From: Motilimonas eburnea
GTDB taxonomy: Bacteria > Pseudomonadota > Gammaproteobacteria > Enterobacterales > CBDFNC01
Assembly: GCF_021295345.1 (NCBI RefSeq)
Contig: NZ_JAIMJB010000006.1
Location: forward strand, 25,892 to 89,891
Direction of reading: 5' to 3'
DNA: 64,000 nucleotides
Part shown: positions 30,881 through 39,111 of the stretch, one piece after another
Layout of the letters: each line of letters opens with the position of its first letter
Numbering within the stretch: the stretch's first letter is position 1
Position numbers and translations under genes: made by a program
Notes under the pieces: model-generated
Told to the model about the DNA's origin: nothing
Seen by the model: only the letters and a program-made list of their open reading frames with translations
Database searches by the model: none

Positions 30881-33121
30881 ATGTTAGATATCACTACCAT
30901 ATTGATCATTGTCGGCATCGGCTTTGGCATCTTGTTGGGCTTTGCTTTATTGGTTAAAGCCTTTTATATCAAGGTACCTCAGGGCACGGCCTTGATCGTT
31001 AACACCACTCAAACCACACCTAAGGTTCGCTTCACGGGTGCCCTTGTTATCCCCGTGATCCACAAGATGGAAAAAATGCGTATATCCTTGATCACGCTAG
31101 AGATAGATCGCCGAGGTAAAGATGGCCTTATCTGTTTAGATAACATGCGCGCCGACATTACCGTTGCCTTCTATTTACGTGTAAACGAAACAGCTGAAGA
31201 CGTACTTAAAGTCGCCAAATCCATCGGTGCCGATCGCGCTTCCGATAAAGATGCAGTGAACGAGTTATTTAATGCCAAATTCTCTGAGGCATTAAAAACC
31301 GTGGGTAAAAAAATGGAGTTCTTACAACTGTTTGAAGAGCGAGCATTTTTCCGCGATGAGATTGTTAAAACCATAGGTAATGACTTAAACGGTTATGCCC
31401 TTGAAGACGTGGCGATCGATTACTTAGAGCAAACGCCAAAATCCGCTCTAGATCCTAACAACATCATGGACTCGGAAGGTATTCGTAAAATCACCGAAGT
31501 CACCTCCAAAGAGAACGTTAAAACCAACGAATACATTCGTGATGAAGAGCGTGCCATCAAAAAGAAAAACGTTGAAACCATTGAGCATTTACTCGTGCTT
31601 GATCGCCAAGAGAAAGAAGCACGAGCGAAACAAGAGCGTGAAGTGGCCAACATTAAAGCGCGCGAGAAGTCTGAACAGCTTAAGGTGGAAGAAGAAGAGC
31701 GCCTCAAGGCCGAATCAGCACGTATTCAAACCGAGCAAAATATTGCCATCCAAGAAGAAAACAAACTTCGTGAAATTGAAGTGTCGCAGCAAAACCGCGA
31801 ACGTGCGATTGGCGTTGAGCAAGAGCGGGTACAACGTGCCAAAGATCTTGAAGTGGTATCACGCGAACGTGAAGTCGCGCTGCAAACCATAGAGAAAGAG
31901 CGTGCCCTCGAAGTTGAGAAGAAAGAAATCGCCAACGTGGTACGTGAGCGTATCGCCGTTGAGAAAACCGTGGCTGAAGAAGAAGAGCGCATTAAAGAAG
32001 TACGTGAAGTCTCTGAAGCCGATCGTAACCGCCAAGTGGTGATCCTACAGGCCGAAGCACAAGCCCAAGAAGAGCTAGTTAAACAGGTTAAACAAGCCGA
32101 AGCCGATGAAATTAAAGCGCGCCACGAAGCGCAAAAAATCATCACTATGTCCCAAGCCGATCTCGAAGCTGCAGCGAAAAATGCCGACGCCATGAAGAAA
32201 ATGGCCGAAGGTATCGAAGCTGAAAACTCAGCACCGGGTCTGGCCGAAGCCCGCGTGAAAGAAGCCCTAGCCGATGCCCTAGAGAAAGAAGGCCTAGCCA
32301 AAGCTAAGGTAGAGCAAGAAACCTTAGTGGCTCGCGCCCAAGGTGATGAGCAAGTGGGTCTGGCTAAAGCGCGCGTACTCGAAGCGAACGCCAGCGCCAA
32401 AGAAAAAGATGGCCTTGCCGAAGCCAAAGTATTGGCTGAAAAACTCACAGCACAAGCTCAAGGTGATAAAGATATCGGTCTTACTGAGGCCATGGTATTG
32501 GCTGAGAAATTGAGCGCTCAAGCCAAAGGCGATAAAGACATTGGCTTGGCTAAAGCCTTGGCTTCTCGCGAGCTAGGTACTGCCGAAGCGGACGTGTTAG
32601 CGCTGAAACTGTCTGCCCAAGCTAAGGGTGATAAAGAGCAAGGCATGGCAGAAGCGGAAGTACTCAGTGCCAAATTCCACGCCGAAGCCCAAGGTCTGGT
32701 TGAGAAATTCAGCGCCATGGCAACCATGTCAAAAGAAGCTCGCGAGCACGAAGAGTTCCGTATGCAGCTTGAGAAAGACTTTGAGCAAGCCATGCAAGCC
32801 ATTAGCGTTAATAAGGACGTTGCTGTCCAGCAAGCGCAAGTGCTGTCTTCTGCCCTTGAAAAAGCCAACATCGACATCGTGGGAGGCCAAGGCGATTACT
32901 TCAACTCGTTAAGTAAAGCCCTGACCGTCGGTAAGTCCATCAATGGTCTGGTTGGTAAAACACCTTCGGTTGCGGCATTGCTGAATAAATTCATTGGCGG
33001 TGAAGAGTCAAAGCTATCGCCAGAGCAAACCGCAAAACAAAACTCATCTGATGTATTAGGTGGCTTATTAAACGAAAAAGCCAATGCAAACCAAGCAACT
33101 TCCGAGTCTAAAGACGCTTAA
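30881..33121 (+). CDS. yqiK: flotillin-like SPFH/band-7 protein (YqiK/FloT family), unusually long (746 aa) with an extended E/A/K-rich coiled-coil and imperfect ~21-aa repeats
   Basis: N-terminal TM, then SPFH core (...KVPQGTALIVNTTQ...ISLITLEIDRRGKDGLICLDNMRADITVAFYLRV...). Long EA-repeat region AQGD(K/E)(D/Q)(I/V)GL(A/T)(E/K)A(K/M)VLA(E)KLSAQ repeated about 5 times. Confidence 0.85.
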   Translation: MLDITTILIIVGIGFGILLGFALLVKAFYIKVPQGTALIVNTTQTTPKVRFTGALVIPVIHKMEKMRISLITLEIDRRGKDGLICLDNMRADITVAFYLRVNETAEDVLKVAKSIGADRASDKDAVNELFNAKFSEALKTVGKKMEFLQLFEERAFFRDEIVKTIGNDLNGYALEDVAIDYLEQTPKSALDPNNIMDSEGIRKITEVTSKENVKTNEYIRDEERAIKKKNVETIEHLLVLDRQEKEARAKQEREVANIKAREKSEQLKVEEEERLKAESARIQTEQNIAIQEENKLREIEVSQQNRERAIGVEQERVQRAKDLEVVSREREVALQTIEKERALEVEKKEIANVVRERIAVEKTVAEEEERIKEVREVSEADRNRQVVILQAEAQAQEELVKQVKQAEADEIKARHEAQKIITMSQADLEAAAKNADAMKKMAEGIEAENSAPGLAEARVKEALADALEKEGLAKAKVEQETLVARAQGDEQVGLAKARVLEANASAKEKDGLAEAKVLAEKLTAQAQGDKDIGLTEAMVLAEKLSAQAKGDKDIGLAKALASRELGTAEADVLALKLSAQAKGDKEQGMAEAEVLSAKFHAEAQGLVEKFSAMATMSKEAREHEEFRMQLEKDFEQAMQAISVNKDVAVQQAQVLSSALEKANIDIVGGQGDYFNSLSKALTVGKSINGLVGKTPSVAALLNKFIGGEESKLSPEQTAKQNSSDVLGGLLNEKANANQATSESKDA

Positions 33122-33139
33122 TGTTGCCATTGTTTATCT

Positions 33140-33205
33140 GCCGACTTGAGCCTTCAAGTCGGCACTAAAGTAAAGGCGCTAAAGTAAAAAGCACTAAAGT
33201 AAAGG
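33140..33205 (+). promoter_or_regulatory. 10-bp-stem hairpin (GCCGACTTGA-GCCT-TCAAGTCGGC, no U-tract) immediately followed by three tandem 14-15-bp direct repeats (GCACTAAAGTAAAGG / CGCTAAAGTAAAAA / GCACTAAAGTAAAGG) ending 4 bp before the giant ORF start codon
   Basis: Seen directly in the sequence. Sits in the 88-bp gap between the floT stop and the 1673-aa ORF start. Function (attenuator, processing site, operator or translational element) is inferred. Confidence 0.4.
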
Positions 33206-33209
33206 ATGC

Positions 33210-36200
33210 ATGATGTCGGATCACACTGTTGCAGAGAATGAACAAGATCTTGCCGCCGTTGCCGAAGGCGGCGCCTACCAAGTTATTCGCGCTCGCCTTA
33301 ACCAGCAAGGCAACGAGCTAGAGCAAAAAACCCAAAAACTCAATCAAGCCAGACTGAAAGAGTTTGGCCGCGAAGACATGCACGTACTTGGCCGAGTTCG
33401 CGTGCGCACTGAAAACAACTGCCAAGCCCGCGACATCGTCTGCGCGGGAGATTATTTACTGTTTGGCTACAATGTTTTTATCGGTCTCAAACAAGAAATT
33501 AAAATATCCGACGTCTTTGGTCTCTATAAGCTCAACCACACCGACGCCGGCTATGAAATGCACCATGAGCCGATCGCTGGAAGCTTTTTAGACAACCCCA
33601 GATTTGACCAAGACTTCACCGAGCTTTACACCTATTACAAAGAAGCTCGCCTACTTAGACTCACCATTCGCGATGGTAAGCTGCTGGCCAGTTTTCAGAT
33701 TGGCCTAAAAATGTCGGATGTCAGGGTGTTTCGCTGGAGCATCAGTAGCGATGGTAAAACCCTAGAATACATAGACAACCGCGGCGAGCGCGACCTCGTG
33801 CCGCCGGCCCAATACGATTTTGAATGGCAAGAATGTAGCCGTGAAAACGAAGTGGCGGGACGTTTCCCCCACATGAATATTTTAGACACCTTGTTTGTAG
33901 AAACCACCCAAGGTGATCTGACCGTCAAGATAGAAAACAATACCGACTCAGGCCTAGGCATCTACGCCGAAGACGTTGAAGACGACAACCAATCCCTTGA
34001 TGATGCGCGCTTTTTATATGCCGAAGTGGGCTCGCTGATCCTATTAAAGATACTGCCTTATCGCGAAGAAAAGTGGCGCTACTTGGTCTTTAACCGCAAC
34101 ACTGAAACCGTGGTGCGCATTGACCATATTGGCCACGCCTGTCGCCAGTTGCCTGAAAATCACGGCATCATCTTCCCCGGCGGTTATTACCTGCAAAATG
34201 GCGATTACAAAACCTTTGATGATGATATTACCGGCCTTGAATATCGCCAAACCATCAAGAGCCCTAATGGCGAAGACGTGTTGTATGTGTTTTATGAGCC
34301 AATCGAAGGCAAAGTCGGCCTTTATGCCTATAACCTGATCAACAAAAGCTTAGAAAACCCCTTGTTTGGTCACGGCTACGCCGCCCTAAATGATGGCCGC
34401 GTGGTGCTGTTTTATGCCGAAGGTGAGCCGACTCGCGTACACCCCATGCAAATTTGGCAAACGCCATTTTGCTCCGACGAGTACGCCAGCGCCCAGCCAA
34501 CTAAACAGAGCTTTTACGGCAAAATCGGCAACGCCGAACTCGTACGCGGCATCTCGGAATTATTTAGCACAGTTAAAGCCATCAACAACCAAACCGTTTC
34601 CACTAAGCTCTACAGCGAGTTGATTAAAAACGTCAACCGCATGTTTGATAGCTATCATTGGATGGCGGCACAACAAGTCGATGGTATCGAAAGCCTGCTG
34701 CGTCAAATTGCGGCCACGGCAGAGCTCGTGCTTGATGAGTTTGAAAAAGTTGAAACCATTCGCCAGCAAGCGCGCCAAGCCTTGCAACAAGCGCAGCAGC
34801 AACAAAGCAAGATATTATCTGAGATCACCCCTGATTCGTGGCAGACACCGGAAAAGTTTGTTGGCGGCCTTGATGCCATACGCAAACAAAAAGGCCACTT
34901 GCTGACCATCAAAACCATGCGTTACATGGAAGCCGAGCCATTAGCGCAAATGGGGCAAAAGCTGGAGCAAGCCGAGGCTAGCCTGAGCCAAAAAACCGTG
35001 GAGTTTTTGGCCAAAGAATCTTCATTAGCGCCCTATAACGATAAGCTAGCCAGCTTAAATACCGAGCTTGAAAAAGTGGTGTCGGTGGCCGAACTAGAGC
35101 CCGTTGCCGAGCAGCTTGAGCAAATGGCGGCCGGACTGGATTTACTGTCCGAGCTGATGGCAACCTTAAAGGTCAATGATGCCACGGTACGCACCCGCAT
35201 CATCGATACCATTTCGGAGATTTATGGCCGCTTAAACCAAACCAAGGCCAATGCGAAACATAAAAAGCAAAGCCTTGGCAGCGCCGAATCCCTAGCGCAG
35301 TTTTCTGCGCAATTTAAGCTGTTCAGCCAAAGTATTACCAATGCCTTGGGTCTGGCCAATACACCCGAAAAAGCCGATGAACAACTATCGCGCCTGTTGG
35401 TGCAGCTTGAAGAGTTAGAGAGTCAATTTAGCGAGCAGGAAGAATTTCTCACGGATATTCTGACCAAACGTGAAGAAGTCATAGAAAGCTTTGAAAGCCA
35501 TCGCCAACGTATGGTCGAAGCGCGCCAACGCAAGGCTAGCACGTTAAAAGACGCGGCCGAGCGGATCTTAGCCAGCATTGCCCGCCGGGTGCAAAAGTTC
35601 ACAGAACTAGAGCAGCTCAATACCTTTTTCGCTTCCGATGCCCTCGCCCTTAAAATTTACGATCTAGTGGCGCAGCTGCGCGAGATTGACGATTCGGTCA
35701 AAGCCGATGACATCGAAGCCAAATTTAAAAACAGCAAAGACCAAGCCATTCGCTCGCTGCGTGATAAAAGCGAAATCTTTGAAGACGGCGGCAACGTTAT
35801 CAAACTGGGGCCACGCCATAAGTTTACCGTGAACACCCAAGAGCTGGATCTCACCTTACTGCCTAAAGGTGATGAGCTAGTGTTCCACTTAACCGGTACC
35901 GACTACTTTGATGTTGCCAGTGACGCCGAGCTAAATCGTCTGCAAGATTACTGGACCCAAGAAATTGAATCAGAAACCAAGCAGGTTTATCGCGCCGAGT
36001 ACTTGGTTAAACAAATACTGGATAGCGCCGAACGAAATGAAGCAGGTTTAAGCACAGAGCAGCTAAGATTAGCACAAACGGATCCAGCCCAATTAAACCA
36101 ATTGGTCCGCGATTTTGCCGCGCCGCGCTACAAAGAAGGCTACGAACGCGGTATTCATGATCACGATGCCAGCTTGATTTTAAGTCAGCTGTTACCGGCT

Positions 36201-38231
36201 CTAAGTCAAGCCGATGTGCTCAGGTTTCCGCCATTAAGCCGTGGATTTAGCGCCATTTTTTGGGCTAACTGCCAACAAGATACGCCGATGCAAACTTGGC
36301 CAGAGCGGGCCAAATCGGCATTGCGTATGGAAGCCATCTTTAACTCAAGTGACGCGAAGCATTTACTTGAGCAAGAAATTAAACAAGCGCAGCAAGCCTT
36401 TGCCAAAGCCAATGAACTGCCCTTGGATAACACCGCCATTGATCTTAGCGCCCGCTATTTAGTGCAAGAGCTAGCCAAGGAGCCAGTGGTATTTGCCACC
36501 AGTAAATACGCCGACCATCTGGCGCAAGAGCTCAGACGCGCCATGGACACAGAGTCTTGGAATTCCTACCAGCATAGTTTAGAAAAACTCAAAGGTAAGA
36601 TAGGTCAGCGCTGGGCCCTAACTCAAGCTTGGCTGCAAGCCTTAGTCAGTAATAAAGCCATGGCAAAATGGCAAGCCTACATTCCAGAAGCCGTGGCCTT
36701 GATTAACGGTGAAGGCCGCCTTAGCCGCCGCGTCCATGAAGTCGAGCTAGAGTTTCAGGTAGAGGGCTTAATGGGCCAGCATAGCCGGATAAAAGATCGT
36801 AAGCTTGATCTTTCTTTAGATGACTTTTTGCAGCGCCTTGAACATCACCAACAAGCCGTATTACCCGGCTACAACGAGTTCTTAAGTGTTCGTAATCAGG
36901 TCACTCAAAAGCAAAAAACACAGCTGCGCTTAAGCGAGTTTAAGCCTAGGCCGCTGTCGTCTTTTGTACGAAATAAGTTAATCAATGATGCGTATTTGCC
37001 CATCATAGGTGATAACTTGGCCAAACAAATGGGTACAGTGGGCGAAAGTAAGCGAACCGATTTGATGGGCTTGCTCATGCTTATCTCCCCACCGGGCTAT
37101 GGTAAAACCACCTTGATGGAATACATCGCCAGCCGGTTGGGCTTGATTTTTATGAAAATCAACTGTCCCTCTATCGGTCATGTGGTGGACTCGCTCGATC
37201 CCGCGCAGGCGCCCAACGCCACCGCCAAAGCCGAGTTAATTAAACTCAACCTAGGCTTAGAAATGGGTAACAACGTGATGCTGTATCTCGATGATATTCA
37301 GCACACTAACCCTGAATTTTTACAAAAATTCATTTCTTTGTGTGATGGCACGAGGCGCATCGAAGGTATCTGGCAAGGCCAGCCAAAAACCTATGATCTG
37401 CGCGGTAAAAAGTTCTGCGTGATCATGGCGGGTAACCCTTACACCGAATCCGGTGAAGCATTTCAAATCCCCGACATGCTGGCCAACCGCGCCGACATAT
37501 ACAACCTAGGTGATATTTTAGGTGGCATGGATGAGGCCTTTGCCTTGAGTTACCTTGAAAATGGCATGACCTCCAACCCCGTACTGGCGCCACTGGCGAC
37601 GCGTTCACAGCAAGATTTCTATAAGCTGGTTGAGCTGGCCAAAGGCAATCAAGTGGATAGCAGCGAATTAGAGCACGGCTACAGCGGCGCCGAGCTGAAT
37701 GAAATCACTGGCGTGTTGGCCAAGTTACTGCAAATTCAACAAGTGGTACTGGCCGTCAACCAAAGCTATATTGCCTCGGCGGCCCAAGCCGATAAGTATC
37801 GCACCGAGCCGCCCTTTAAGCTGCAAGGCAGTTATCGCAACATGAACAAGATGGCCGAAAAAGTCTCTTCGGTCATGAATGATGACGAGCTGATGCAACT
37901 CATTGAAGATCATTACCTAGGTGAAGCGCAAATGTTGGCCGCGAGCGCCGAGGAAAACTTACTCAAATTGGCCGAGCTGCGCGGTAACATGACACCAGAG
38001 CAAGCTCAGCGCTGGCAACAAATCAAAGATGATTATGTTAAGCATCAGACATTGGGTGGCGACAGTGATGTTACCCTCAAGGCCGTGTCGCAATTGTTAG
38101 ATATGAATGCCAACCTGAACAGTATTAACGATACCTTAAGCCAAACCCGTTATCGCTTTAAACGTTCCACCACAGAAACGGGTAAAACTCAGGTCAGCAT
38201 CAGCAAAAAGCCAAAGCATGTGAAGGAATAA
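33210..38231 (+). CDS. giant (1673-aa) multidomain cytoplasmic protein: N-terminal ~430-aa beta-rich domain, ~800 aa of Q/E/L/A-rich coiled-coil/helical repeats, C-terminal MoxR/AAA_5-like P-loop ATPase module plus a ~300-aa helical tail
   Basis: Continuous ORF. Walker A LISPPGYGKTTLMEY at aa ~1290-1300 (nt ~37086-37112). Walker B-like VMLYLDDIQH (DD rather than DE) at aa ~1356-1363. Sensor-1-like CVIMAGNP. No TM or signal peptide. Family not recognised. Confidence 0.8.
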   Translation: MMSDHTVAENEQDLAAVAEGGAYQVIRARLNQQGNELEQKTQKLNQARLKEFGREDMHVLGRVRVRTENNCQARDIVCAGDYLLFGYNVFIGLKQEIKISDVFGLYKLNHTDAGYEMHHEPIAGSFLDNPRFDQDFTELYTYYKEARLLRLTIRDGKLLASFQIGLKMSDVRVFRWSISSDGKTLEYIDNRGERDLVPPAQYDFEWQECSRENEVAGRFPHMNILDTLFVETTQGDLTVKIENNTDSGLGIYAEDVEDDNQSLDDARFLYAEVGSLILLKILPYREEKWRYLVFNRNTETVVRIDHIGHACRQLPENHGIIFPGGYYLQNGDYKTFDDDITGLEYRQTIKSPNGEDVLYVFYEPIEGKVGLYAYNLINKSLENPLFGHGYAALNDGRVVLFYAEGEPTRVHPMQIWQTPFCSDEYASAQPTKQSFYGKIGNAELVRGISELFSTVKAINNQTVSTKLYSELIKNVNRMFDSYHWMAAQQVDGIESLLRQIAATAELVLDEFEKVETIRQQARQALQQAQQQQSKILSEITPDSWQTPEKFVGGLDAIRKQKGHLLTIKTMRYMEAEPLAQMGQKLEQAEASLSQKTVEFLAKESSLAPYNDKLASLNTELEKVVSVAELEPVAEQLEQMAAGLDLLSELMATLKVNDATVRTRIIDTISEIYGRLNQTKANAKHKKQSLGSAESLAQFSAQFKLFSQSITNALGLANTPEKADEQLSRLLVQLEELESQFSEQEEFLTDILTKREEVIESFESHRQRMVEARQRKASTLKDAAERILASIARRVQKFTELEQLNTFFASDALALKIYDLVAQLREIDDSVKADDIEAKFKNSKDQAIRSLRDKSEIFEDGGNVIKLGPRHKFTVNTQELDLTLLPKGDELVFHLTGTDYFDVASDAELNRLQDYWTQEIESETKQVYRAEYLVKQILDSAERNEAGLSTEQLRLAQTDPAQLNQLVRDFAAPRYKEGYERGIHDHDASLILSQLLPALSQADVLRFPPLSRGFSAIFWANCQQDTPMQTWPERAKSALRMEAIFNSSDAKHLLEQEIKQAQQAFAKANELPLDNTAIDLSARYLVQELAKEPVVFATSKYADHLAQELRRAMDTESWNSYQHSLEKLKGKIGQRWALTQAWLQALVSNKAMAKWQAYIPEAVALINGEGRLSRRVHEVELEFQVEGLMGQHSRIKDRKLDLSLDDFLQRLEHHQQAVLPGYNEFLSVRNQVTQKQKTQLRLSEFKPRPLSSFVRNKLINDAYLPIIGDNLAKQMGTVGESKRTDLMGLLMLISPPGYGKTTLMEYIASRLGLIFMKINCPSIGHVVDSLDPAQAPNATAKAELIKLNLGLEMGNNVMLYLDDIQHTNPEFLQKFISLCDGTRRIEGIWQGQPKTYDLRGKKFCVIMAGNPYTESGEAFQIPDMLANRADIYNLGDILGGMDEAFALSYLENGMTSNPVLAPLATRSQQDFYKLVELAKGNQVDSSELEHGYSGAELNEITGVLAKLLQIQQVVLAVNQSYIASAAQADKYRTEPPFKLQGSYRNMNKMAEKVSSVMNDDELMQLIEDHYLGEAQMLAASAEENLLKLAELRGNMTPEQAQRWQQIKDDYVKHQTLGGDSDVTLKAVSQLLDMNANLNSINDTLSQTRYRFKRSTTETGKTQVSISKKPKHVKE

Positions 38232-38234
38232 ATC

Positions 38235-38921
38235 ATGGACCAACAACATATAGAGCAAGTATTGCTGGCTAGTCTTGAAGACAACAAGCTCGATCGGGAT
38301 GAAAAACATGCCCTTGCCGAGTTAACTCAAAGCTTGCAAACCCAACCCGATAACATCAGCTTTATTCGCAATAAAGCCTTTGCTTTGCTATTGGCCAGCC
38401 ATGACTTTAATGAGGAGCAGTTTCGTGCCATTAAATGGCTGGAAAACGTGGTCAAAACCTTAGATAAAAACAGCCAGCAACCTAGCATCGTCGCCGATGC
38501 GTGCTTTAGCCCGGGCACAGATTGTTTAAATCGGATCGAGAGTTTGTGCCAACAAGCTAGGCGCAGTATCGATATCTGTGTGTTTACGATTTCGTGTAAC
38601 GAAATCACCGATGCGATATTGCAAGCCCACCAGCGCGGCATCACGGTGCGCATTATTTCTGATAATGATAAGCGTAATGACAAGGGCTCTGACGTCTATC
38701 GCTTAAGCGACGCAGGCATTCCTGTGGTGGTGGATAAGACCGACCATCATATGCACCACAAGTTTGCCCTGTTTGACCAAAAAGTGTTGCTCAACGGCAG
38801 CTTTAACTGGACCCGTAGCGCGTCTAAATACAATCAAGAGAACATCGCGACCACCGACAATCCTAAATTGGTTGCCGCCTTTAGCCGAGAGTTTGACCGC
38901 CTTTGGCATAAATTAGGTTAG
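38235..38921 (+). CDS. Nuc-like phospholipase-D-family nuclease (single HKD motif) with a ~90-aa N-terminal helical extension
   Basis: HxK(x4)D(x6)GSxN motif HHKFALFDQKVLLNGSFNWTRSA at nt ~38752-38820. Start is 4 bp after the giant ORF stop, with an AGGA RBS overlapping that stop (translational coupling). Confidence 0.8.
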   Translation: MDQQHIEQVLLASLEDNKLDRDEKHALAELTQSLQTQPDNISFIRNKAFALLLASHDFNEEQFRAIKWLENVVKTLDKNSQQPSIVADACFSPGTDCLNRIESLCQQARRSIDICVFTISCNEITDAILQAHQRGITVRIISDNDKRNDKGSDVYRLSDAGIPVVVDKTDHHMHHKFALFDQKVLLNGSFNWTRSASKYNQENIATTDNPKLVAAFSREFDRLWHKLG

Positions 38922-39111
38922 TTCCCGTCTAGGCCAGTTGCTCTGCACTGGCCTAATCAAACCTGCCCCACAAACATAAACAATAATTAAGTATGCCCTG
39001 TCGCGATAAGTTGCTATGTTAACCCGCTTACTCAAGCGTACATTCAGTTGGACTTCACTGAGTTCAAACTTTAATCGTTAGCCACTTTACTTTTAGCGCA
39101 CGCATTGCAGA

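Noticed and set aside
31420-32877. Long antisense ORFs (31726..32448 at 240 aa, 32518..32877 at 119 aa, 31420..31707 at 95 aa) on the minus strand inside floT.
   Set aside because: They are low-complexity A/S/R-rich translations of the reverse strand of the GC-rich E/A/K repeat region and lie wholly inside a well-supported SPFH gene. They are artefacts of repeat composition.
33210-38231. Considered the giant protein as a BREX BrxC/PglY-like or SMC-like component.
   Set aside because: BrxC-type proteins carry the P-loop near the N-terminus, and SMC proteins have split Walker A/B at the two ends. Here a single compact MoxR-like module sits near the C-terminus, so neither architecture fits.
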